Assembly (NCBI RefSeq): GCF_001194135.2
Contig: NC_068982.1
Coordinates: forward strand, 161,540,799-161,604,798
Length of the DNA: 64,000 nucleotides
Source of the DNA: Octopus bimaculoides
Lineage: Eukaryota
Reading direction: 5' to 3'
Part shown: piece by piece, positions 1 through 11,200 of the stretch
Position numbering within the stretch: the first letter of the stretch is position 1
Layout: the number at the start of each line of letters is the position of its first letter
Translations under genes and position numbers: made by a program
Notes under the pieces: model-generated
Databases searched by the model: none
Seen by the model: the letters and a program-made list of their open reading frames with translations, nothing else
What the model was told of the DNA's origin: nothing

Positions 1-6
1 AAGATT

Positions 7-290
7 TCATGTGTCGCCCGCACATGAGCCAGTCCAGGTGCACCGGCAACGATCTCGCTCGAGAAAACCCCATGTGTAACCCGCACAAGAGCCAGCCCAG
101 GGGCACCGGCAACGAACCCGCTCGAAAGATTTCATGTTTCGCCCGCACATGAGCCAGTCCAGGGGCACTGGCAACGATCCCGCTTGAAAGATTTCATATG
201 TTGCCCGCACATGGGCCAGTCCAGGAGCACTGGCAACGATCCCGCTCGAAAATCCTACGACGGCCCCGCACAATAGCCAGTTCGTACATT
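7..290 (-). repeat. About 60-bp tandem array (4-5 units) belonging to the RTE 3'-UTR minisatellite family
   Basis: Unit approx. aaagatttcatgtgtcgcccgcacatgagccagtccaggggcactggcaacgatcccgctcg; the reverse complement matches 55820-55900. Confidence 0.8.
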
Positions 291-1535
291 TATAAATGTA
301 TATATGTATATATGTATATATATATATAAAATACAAAAACATCCATACAGTTAGATGATACAAGAAAGGGACAACAAAACATCCAGACAGACAATACAAA
401 GACAACAAGGATGGATCATTTGGAGTTTTCTATCCTCAGTCAAGTTCCAGATTATCTTTGCAATTTCGGCTTGTTATACTCGAGATTGCTCTAATCTGGC
501 CAGCCCCAAGGAATAAACTAAGCTAAGAGCATTTGCTTCCTTGGAAGAAAGCAGTGAATGAATACAAAAACAAGGACGGAAAAAAAAACCGGAGAAATGT
601 TACACAAATACAAATGCAAATAACAGGACATAACAACAGCTATCTTTTGACTAAGGACGAATTAAATTAAGCTGGCGTGTGTGGAAGTAAAGCCTTATGG
701 CAGAGACATAAGATTTGACAGGCACAGAGAGGAATATAGATGTTGCATGGATGGTATTCGAACCAAGAAAGAAAGGTCAGGCTTGGCCGAACACCGGTCA
801 TGTGGGGAGAGAAGAGAGAGAGGTAGAGGCAGAGGGACAGAAGAATTAAGGAGAGGCAAGGAAAAAAATGAAAGGGACACAGTGAAGTGAAAGAGGAGGG
901 AAAGTGAGCATGAAGAGAAGGCCAGGAAATGTGAGAGAGGGGAATGAAAGAACGAAGAGTAGAATGAACGAAGTAAGTGTGAAAGGGCTGATAGAAAGAA
1001 GGAAAGAATGGAAGAATAGAGTCATACAGAATTTAGATATATATATACTTACATATAAAAGACCAAAGTGTACGTACGCCACTATATTTTTATATATAAA
1101 AAATACAAAAATAGGACAAGAATGCAGGTAAGTAGCTTGCTTACCAATCACATAGTTTTGGGTTCAGTCACACTGTGTGGCACCTTGGGTAAGTGTCTTC
1201 TACTATATCTTTGGGCTGATCTAAGCCTTGTGAATGGATTTGGTAGATGGAAACTGAAAGATGTCCCTTGTATATACATACATACACATATATATATATA
1301 TATATATATGTATGTATATGTTTGTGTGTCTGTGTTTGCCCCACCCACCCACCATCGCTTGACAACCAATGTTGGTCTGTTTATGTCCCCATAACTTAGT
1401 TGTTCAGCAAAGGAGACTGATAGAATAACTACTAGGCTTACAAAGAATAAGTCCTGGGGTCAATTTGTTCAACAAAAGGCGGTGCTCTAGCAAATGATTG
1501 AAACAAATAAAAGAATAAAAGAACAAAAGAATATG

Positions 1536-1585
<50 letters not shown>

Positions 1586-2530
1586 TTGTTCTTGTCTGTC
1601 TTTTTATCATCTATCTGTCTGGATGTTTTATTGTTGCCTGTTGCGTTCTTGTTCCATCCTCTGGATTTATATATACGTATAGCGGCGCATGTACACTTTT
1701 GCTCACCTTGTAAGTAAGTATGTATCTAAATTCTGTGTGACTCTTTTACTCTTTCATTTAGTTCCCCGTCACACGTTCTTCGTTCTTCTCTTTTTTCTTT
1801 TTCCCGTTCCCCCTCTCTTACCTTTCTTAGCCTTCTTTCCTTAATCTCCCTACTTTTCTTCCACATTTATCTACCCTGTACCTTCTTTCTCTTTGTCCCT
1901 TTGATTTCATCTCTTCACCCCCCCTCCTTGCTCCTTAATTTCTCATTCTTCCCCCAATTCTTCAATCCCTCTGCCTCTTACCACTCTCCTTTACTTCCAC
2001 CTGACTTCACTGTCTTTCTTGACTTCACTGCTGGCCACTAAGCATCTCATATTCCTGTCTCCTGACTTCTATCTATTATGTTCCTGCCTCATAAGTTTCA
2101 CTCTACACATGCCAGCTCAACTTAATTCGTCCTTGTTAGTTAAAATACACCTGTTGTTATTTCCTTGTTATTTACATTTTAAATTGTGCAACATTTTCTC
2201 CGTTTCCTTTAGTCTTTGTTGTTGTACACATTCGCTTGCTTTCTCCCCAAGGATTCAATGCTCTTAGCTTATATTTTTTGGAACCAACCAGATTTGAGCA
2301 GTCTCAAGTGTAATTGGCTGAAACTGCTGGGATTTTCTGGTTTCTTGACTAAGGAGAGATTGCTGCAAATGACCCATACTTGTTTGTCCTTGTCCGTCTT
2401 TTTATCATCTATCTGTCTGGATGTTTTATTGTTACCTGTTGCATTCTTCTTCCATCCTTTGAATTTATATATACATATAGCAGCGCATGTACATTTTTGC
2501 TCACCTTGTAAGTAAATATACATACATATA
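290..2530. mobile_element. Cluster of direct and inverted copies of one Penelope-like/LTR-like repeat, interrupted by a SINE
   Basis: 1590-1740 repeats directly at 2390-2530; 420-560 is the reverse complement of about 2230-2370; 620-700 is inverted relative to 2090-2160. Family assignment is tentative. Confidence 0.4.
1127..1532 (+). mobile_element. tRNA-derived SINE of the abundant octopus type
   Basis: ggtaagtagcttgcttaccaa...ggttcagtc (B-box-like), internal (TA)n, tail ggcggtgctctagca...aaaagaataaaag. Confidence 0.75.
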
Positions 2531-2559
2531 CCATACCAACTTTTCTTCATTGGACACTA

Positions 2560-3010
2560 AACTCAGCTTGCAAAGACCTGTTGGAGCAAGTGAGATCGAA
2601 ACTGAACCAAATTCAATGAGTGGCACCCGTGCCAGTGGAGTGCTAACAGCACCATCCGAGCGGGATCACTGCCAGAGCAGCGGTCTCGCTTCCGTGCCGG
2701 TGGCACGTAAAAAACACCATTTGAGCATGATCGTTTCCATCTTCGCCTTACTGGCACTCGTGCCGGTGGCATGTGAACAGAACATTGGACTGACTCCTGT
2801 GCAGGTGGCACGTAAAAAACACCATTTGAGCATGGCCGTTGCTAGTACCGTCGGACAGGCCCTCATGCCGGTGGCATGTAAAAAGCACCCACTACACTCT
2901 TGGAGTGGTTGGCATTAGGAAGGGCATCTAGCTGTAGAAACTCTGCCAGATCAGATTGGAGTCTGGTGTAGCCATCAATACCCACTTGTCTATTCAACAG
3001 AACCATGTCA
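2560..3010 (+). mobile_element. RTE 3'-tail copy with internal tandem array
   Basis: gtgccggtggcacgtaaaaaacaccatttgagc units, then aaaagcacccactacactc...ttaggaagggcatc. Confidence 0.7.
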
Positions 3011-5167
3011 AGGACTCGTTCAATGTCATCAACACAGGGCATAGTTAGAGACTTGGCTCCTTCTTGATGCAGGACACTTGTGCAACTAGTTTCGAAACAT
3101 TTCAATCCGTTTGTAGACAAGTTCTTGAATCTATGCTCTGTTTCTATATTGTGCTAAAAGTCTTTGATGGATTTCAGTCCTTGATACACCTTCAGCTCAC
3201 AAAAAACAGATCACTGAATGCTTCTCATTTTTTGGAACAAACAGAAAGCAGAAAGTCCATGCTTAATGTAATAGCAACGACCACTTAATTGATTTATCAA
3301 ATTCAAATCTGCAACTAAGTGATTATAGTTCCCCTCCCCCAACTCACCCCATGGTGAGTAATTATTATTTCCACTCATAAAAAAATATAAAAAGTGCATT
3401 GCAAATAACTGGTCATTATGAAGCTGTTCAGTTTCTTTGTCAATAAGCATTTCAAAAGGAGAAAAGTGAGAGATTTATTCCCTCTGTTTATCCCTTCATA
3501 TTCCTGGAATGAAAGGAGACAACATTGAATATTGAAGACCATTTCTTTTTGAGGGGTACAAGGCAACCTTGCCAGTATTAGTGCCATGATAAAATGCATC
3601 CAGCATACTCTGTAAAGTGGTTGGTGAACAAGTCAAGGAAAATGTAGGGTTGTCAAGAAGACTCTTTAGTTGGGTGTATGACAACTTCTCTGTTAATTAT
3701 GCCTTGATATAACGTGCCAGTACTTTCTGTAAAGGGATGGAAAAACATACAACTATAGAAACCATGCCAAAAATAAGAGCATGAGTGAAAAGTCCCCTCC
3801 CCACTCAACCCATTTAGGAAGATAATTCTGAATAAGAATTGTCTGGCATTATGAAGACACATCCAATCCATGGCAGCATGGAAAGCTGACATAAAATGAC
3901 TACAATGATAATGATAATACACATAAATGTATATACATGTATAAACATCTGTAAGAATAATAAAAGTTGAGTGAAATGTGCCTATGTATGTATGTAAACA
4001 TTAAACACTGATACCCACATACACATATATACTGCATAGTATATAAATTGTATCTAAAAATTGTGATTAGAAGCAAACACACACACACACTCTCTGTCCC
4101 TTCTTATTCTGTAATGGCACTGAATGAAAAAACAGAAATCATTCAGCTTTTATGTTATTCTGGAGCTTCACTCAAGTGCTGTTAACTTGTTAATATTACA
4201 AGTAATATATATATTGAGGTTACAGAGCACTGAGAAATTGTGTCTGCCTAACATCAAAATATCAGCTATTCTTCTTACTCACTGAATTCCATGCATAAAA
4301 TTTTCATTTCAAAAATGAACTGGAAATAATTACCTCTTTTTTTAAATTTAATGATTGATAATTATGTAGCAATGTAAGAGTTGTGTTGCTGGGTAAAACT
4401 GTCCAATTTATAGAGTTGGGTGATTACCTTTAAGTACTGTATGCTGTGTTCTGTAGCAGAGGTATGAATGAAGTCGTTGGGAACTAGGCACTGTTTGTTT
4501 TGTCTGTGTATGGAATTTGGGTCTTTTTCTTTTTTCAAATAAACAAAGGGCAAAAAAAAAAAAAAATACAGTAATGCATTTAGTCTGGGTCTTTATTTAA
4601 CTGAATTATACAAAAAATGTATTCAGGCCAAAGAAATGCTATTTTGATAATGCAAGCCAACAAGATCACTGCCATAAACAGCAACCAAATATCCCTTCAA
4701 ATCATAAATTAGTATCTTCAATACAAAAGGATGCACATTTGAGAATGTATCTCTGAATGTACAAAAAGATGGGATAAAGCAGGAACACCTTCGATTATAT
4801 GCAGGTTTGCACAATCAGGGCTGACTTGGAGCTGAATGACAACACTATTCAGTTTATCTCATCTTGAAAAATTTTATTAATTCAGTTAATCAAAATATTT
4901 TGCAAAGAAGATGAAGGTTAGGGGTAGATAACAGATGAAAAAATAAGCACATTTTTTGATTTGAGATTAATATTAATAAATCTCAACAAAATCCAGCATG
5001 ATAATTTTGCCAAAGTATATACAATAAAAGACATGTTTACATTTTAAATAAGGAGAGAATAAAAATGTGAGAAGCTTGTTGGATATGAGCCTAGTTCTCT
5101 TTGTTGGCACCTCAGTTTTAACATGTTGACCAAATTTTTGTTTCTCAGAAAAATCTTGAATCATATT

Positions 5168-5242
5168 TTATCCTGGAATAGTCAGTCTGAAAGTAAGGTT
5201 AATCCTAGCTCCACGCTCGTGGTACTCCTTTGGAACTCGATG
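5168..5242 (-). CDS. ALKBH3: ALKBH3 last coding exon (HRVPKEYHERGARINLTFRLTIPG*)
   Basis: ttttcag|CAT acceptor; third iron ligand His and two 2OG-binding Arg; TAA at 5170-5168. Confidence 0.95.
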   Translation of the reverse strand, partial: HRVPKEYHERGARINLTFRLTIPG

Positions 5243-8200
5243 CTGAAAAAGAACAATGAGAATACAAAGTAAGAACAACAATAGATATTTAAAACATAAG
5301 TCAGTTTGGTTTAGGATGTTACCCAAACTAGTTGAGTACATCTTGTCGAGTTGAAAAAGTCCTGCATGTTCTATATATATATTTTTTTTAATGGCTTAGT
5401 CAGAAAGGAACAGATATTGCTCATGGCTCTTTATGCCGCTGTCACTTTTACGTGCCACCAGCATGGGTGCCATTTGTGTGACACCAGGGTGCGTTTACAT
5501 GACACCAGCACAGGTGCCAATTTGCATGATACCGGTATCTGCCATGACTGCGATTTTGCTTGGCTTGATGGGTCTTCTCAAACATGACAAAGGTCTTGGT
5601 TATTGCATCTGTGAGGCCCAACACTCAAAAGGAACTCAGCCACTTTGCCTCTGTGAGGCCCAATGCTCGAAAGGAGCTCAGCCACAATGTCTCTGTCAGG
5701 CCCAATGTTCAAAAGATGTTCTTTACATACCACCAGCATGAGTGCACTTGGCTTTACGGGTCCTCTCAAGCACAGCACATTGCCAAAGTTCTCAGTCACC
5801 AGTTATTGCCTCTGTGAGGCTCAAAGTTCGAAGTTCATGCTTCACCATCTCGTTGCATGTCTTCTTGTTAGAGATTGGCACTTCTTTACACAGCTGTTCT
5901 CATCCATATGCATCACATGACCATACCAGTCATCTCTCTTGCACACCACATTTGATTCCTCTTATGCCTAACTTTTCTCTCAAGATGCTTACACTCTATC
6001 AAAGATGCACACTGACATTGCACATCCAGCGAAGTATACTGGCTTCATTTCTTTTAAACCTACACATGTCCTCGGCTATCATAGCCCATGTTTCACTGCC
6101 ATGTAGCATAGCTGTTCGCACATAGGCATCAAACAATCTGCCTTTCACTCTGAGAGAGAGGCCCTGAGTAGGAGCTCTCTGAACTTTGCCCAGCCTAATC
6201 TTATTCTCACAGATACGCTCTCAGAGCATCCACCTCCACTACTAACAAGGTTACCTAGATAACAGAAGCTATCTACTAACTCTAGCTTGCTCCTCTGGCA
6301 GTTGATGGAGTCTATTTTCTGTGCATTTTCAGCATTTATTGTACCTGTGCACCTTCCACATACAAAAGTTAGTTTCTCTGTTAATCTTCCTCTGATGTTG
6401 CGCCACCTTTTATGTGTCCAAAGCTTACACTGGTGCATCTTATAAAGTTTCTACCTACACCTTTCTATAGATTGAGCAGGTCCATCTACCTGAAGGGATT
6501 TGTGATTTGTCTGCCTTCCTACTTACTATGACTTTGGTTTTTGCTAGGTGTGACTTTCTAAATTGGTGGATTGAAGGAAGTAAGTTATCCTCAAACTGGA
6601 GACCTGGTCCAAATGATTCTAACAGGCTGGACATTGCTAAAGGTACCCATGATCCAGGTGATAGAATTTATCATTCAATAACAGTTACAATCAATCTGAT
6701 ATGTTGACACAGTTTCTATTTACACAATTTCACTCACAAAGATAGGTTCATTTAGAGGCGATGGTCAGAAACATTTGCTCAAGATTACTGCTGCCATGGG
6801 ATCAATCCCGGCCAACTTCTTAACCCATTGGTCATGTCTCTGCTCTTAAGATGTTCTAATATTCATGCTTTTCTCAAATATGTTAGTCATTCAAATGATA
6901 TAAAATGATTACAACTAGGATGGAAAACAGCTGATAGATTGTACTTACACAAAGCTAACTTCTACTGTTTTGACCAAAGAGTAAATTGCTATAATATCAT
7001 GGTTAAATGTTTAGAACATTTCAGTGGTTAATTCTTACCTGCCAATCATGTTGTAAAGCTCCTTCCATAGTGAGAAGACAACCATTAGTGACTGGTACAT
7101 TTACATGTTCCATATAGGTATAATCTCCATTTTCTTCCTAAGAAATACCATAGAAATTTTGTAGAAATTCAGTTATGTCTTGCATATAATAAGTATACAT
7201 TTTTAATGTAACTGAGTGCCCTGCCTATCACTAATGAGCATTCAACTGTTAAGATGGCAATATTGTCTGCACTTGTTGATTTAATCAAAAATGGAGCTAG
7301 AATTATGTATATGTTAAAAAGAAACAACGCAATGACAGTAGGAGTAAGATCTGAACTTATGATGGTAATCACTATGGTTAATCACCTCAACTTACAGCTG
7401 CTGTGTCTTACAGGGTGATTTAAAAGTCCCTTTAGCACATATATTTGGGCAATGTTGTGAGCTCAATTCGTGGAATGGGCAGCACATTATGTCCTTGAAC
7501 AAAGCACTGCATTTCACATTGTTCCAGTCAACTCAGCTAAAATGAATATCTGCTGAGTGCTGGTATAGCTCTTTTTCACTTCAGCAGTTACATGGGAGGG
7601 CCGAATGGATGTCTATGTCAATTCAAGGCTACATAGATACCAAAAACAATTAGCAAAAGCATGGTACATACAACCAAGTTGTCCTTGATTTTGAGTGACA
7701 TCCATAATGTGTATATTTATGTATGTGTGTGTATGAAATAAGAAGTGAAAATTTCAAATATCACTTAAAAGCTGAGGGGACTTCTGAATCATCATCATCA
7801 TAATTTAATGTCCATTTTTCCATGTTGGCATGGGTTGGATGGCTTGACAGGAACTGAAAGGCTGCACCAGATTCCATAGTCTGTTTTAGCCATAGTTTCT
7901 ATGGCTGGATGGCCTCCCTAATGCCAACCACTTTAGAGTGTACTGGGTGCTTTTTATATGGCACAAGCACCAGTGCTTTTTGTGTGGCACTAGCACCAGT
8001 GCTTGGTGTAGTAATATATTCAAATAACTAATTTCAGAATATATTGTTGTAAGTGATACATTGAAATGACTGATGTAATAAGAGAACTGAAGTACTTACA
8101 GGAGGAGGATTTCTCCGAAGTTCAAACATTCTGTCATCACCAAAAGATAGCGATGCTATTGTAGGCTGATCACCAATGGCAGGATTTTTGTCTGTGTGCC

Positions 8201-11200
8201 AACCAACACTATCATGACCATCTCGATAGAGGTTTGCCAACATAGAGTTGAATAAAATACCCAGAGATTGCTGCAAATGTTCTCGAACAGTTTGTAACAT
8301 AGGATGCCACTGAAAGAAAATTACATTCTAAAAGGTTAAACAGCTACCATTTATTGTTATCATCATTTAATGTCCATCTTTTATGTTGGAATGGTTTGAC
8401 AAGATCCATCGAGTTAGAGGACAATGTCATGCTCCAATGTCTGCCTTTCCTAATGCCAAGGCACATCCAGTCATAGATGTATCCAGTACAGTGTGTACTG
8501 AGTGACACCAGCAGCAGTGAGGTTGCCATGTAATTCACAAGAATAAAAATGGACATTAAACAATGATATATATTTCAAGAATAACTAACAATTTGCAATG
8601 GGGAGAAGTAGGGGCTGCATATGAAGCATATGGGGAGAAGTAAAAATGCTTCCAAATCCTCAAAGTAGAGTTGCAAGCTACATACATACAAGTACACAAG
8701 CACACACACACGTGTCTGTGTGTGTGTGTGCGAGTAAGAAATTCACTTTGCAATCATGTTCAATCCCACTACACAGGACCATGGACAAGTGTCTTCTACT
8801 GTAGTATCATCATCATCATCGTTTAACGTCCATTTTCCATGTTGGCATGGGTTGGACGGTTTGACTGAGGTCTGGAGAGCCAGTGGCTGCACCAGGCTCC
8901 AATCTGATCTAGCAATGTTTCTACAGTAGCATGTCCTTTCTAGCACTAACCACTTCAAGAGTATAGTGGGTGCCTTTTACGTGCCACTGGCACAGGAGCC
9001 AGTCATGTGGGCCTGGTATCAATCACGTTTGGATAGTGCTTTTTACGTGCCGCCAGCACAGAGTCCACTCAGGTGGTCCTGGCATCGATCACATTTGAAT
9101 GGTGCTTTTTATGTGCTACTGGCAGAAGAGCCAGTTAGGGGGTACTGGCATCGGCCACATTTGGATGGTGCTTTTTATGTGCCACCGGCACGGTAGCCAG
9201 TCAAGAGACACTGGCTTCAACCACATTCAGATGACGTATTATACATGCCACCAGAACGGGAGCCAGTCAGTGGGCACTGGCCACAGCTATTATTTTGGTT
9301 TTACTTAGCAGGTCTTCTCAAGCATATCATATCGCCCAACGCATCAGGGGTACTCTTAAATGGGCTGGACATGCAATACTGGCATCAGCCATGGCTGAGA
9401 TCTCACTTTAGTTACTGGATCTCATGCAAGACAGTATTGCAGGTCAATTAAACAGCTAATGTAATGCAGAGATAATTGTATATGAGGCAAGGTTATGTCA
9501 AAGGATCTTAGTGGACAAATGGATGTGTGGGAATATGTGGATGTGACAAAAAGATCCCTTCAGGACCAAATTTAGCAACCATAAATTCTCATTTAATATC
9601 CAGGAAGGGAAATGATACAGCCCTAGCAAGGCCATATAACTGTTGAAAGAAAGTGTTATGAATTACAGCATCAAGTGGGAAATACTGGTTAGATGCTAAC
9701 CTTATTTCAATTGCAGTGAGAAGTGCAGGCTCTGCTTGGCAGAGGAAAGAATTCCACTAAAGAATTTGCTTTACCCAGACCCCTATTTAAACTGCAAAAG
9801 TGAAATTTCTGATCCTGCCCTCATGAGTGTAGTTATGTAATTGGATGCTGATAGATTTAGTGAAGTCTTGCTCATAAGGCAATGGCTTTTGTTTCAATGT
9901 AGTCTAGAGTGTTTTTGCAGCACCATTCCAGATATGAGTGTGGATATGTAATTAGATACTGGAGGACTGGATATAAATATTAGAGCTTTTCCAGTCAGTA
10001 CTTGCAATCATTACATCTGAAGATTTAGCATGAGGTTTGCAACACCCAGCTTATTATGTACAAACACACATACATGTCCACATATGAGTTTATGATTGTT
10101 CTTCCTCGTCCACACTCTCCCTTTACACACACAACACTATCCTGCCTGCATTCCACTCTACAGGCATAAGGGGTATAACTCTAATGAACAAAAAAATGTC
10201 TTTTTTTTTAAATTCCTGTTTTTTTGACACCCACAAACTGAATGTGACACTTTATACTTTCCAGTGGAAAAAACGTGCCACTATAATTTTTCCTACTTCT
10301 TATGAGTGTAAAGAATGGTTTTACTAAACTTCCATAAATAAAATCAATTGGTAAAATCAGCTGAAATGGATCTATAAAACTGTATTGTATAAATATTAAT
10401 ATACACACACTATTGACAAATATACAAAATCCTACTCATGGATTCTTAGATGACTATAATTTTAACACACATACTCTCTATATATTGTTAGATAGAAAGT
10501 AGTGCGTAATATGGGGATATTTGGTTGCCTAACAAGTGGAAGGGTGATAACCATTTGTGATGGAATGGAATAGTTCTGTGTTGTGATAAAATAATTATAC
10601 ATGAAATTCAAAGGTCACAATAAAATGAGGACACTTCAGTAATTACCTCCTTCTACAAATTTCTGGCTTGTGCTAAAGTTGGAAATAACTATTTACTATT
10701 AGAATATGGAACTTATAAGACATAACCATGTAGTTATGAAGTTTGCTTCACAGTCACATGGCTATAAATTTGATCCCAGAGTGTAGCACATTGGACAAAT
10801 GTCTTCTACCATAGCTTTACCCATTTTCTTTCCTCCAACAGCCATAAAAGCACTGCAAAATGTCATAGGCACTGCTCTTCCACCTCTTACTAAGTGATTA
10901 ATAAAGACACATCATTTAAATGTTTCGGATTAAAATGCTGCCAGAATGAACTTGGCCTTTGATCCTTTAAAAGAAGTGTTAGTGGTGTACTGTGACTAAA
11001 TGCATAGCCATGTGTCAATGTTAGATATCATGATTAGAAGTAAACTCTCAGTGGATAAAAATCACAGTCTGGTCTTTGCTGATATTAGTTATTTAATTAA
11101 TGTGAATATTAACCTTGGCATTAGGTTGATGAGTTTGTCCTGAGTAAGTGTAGGGTAAATCTCCATACCAAGCTGTCAGACGGGGTTGCAGAAATTTGGA

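Noticed and set aside
7-290. Regular about 60-bp repeats resembling a CRISPR array (also 8965-9270 and 40150-40620)
   Set aside because: Units are tandem with no unique spacers, the context is eukaryotic, there are no cas genes, and the first two arrays belong to the RTE 3' UTR.
1127-1200. tRNA gene
   Set aside because: The tRNA-like head continues into a SINE body and recurs in many copies; no complete cloverleaf.
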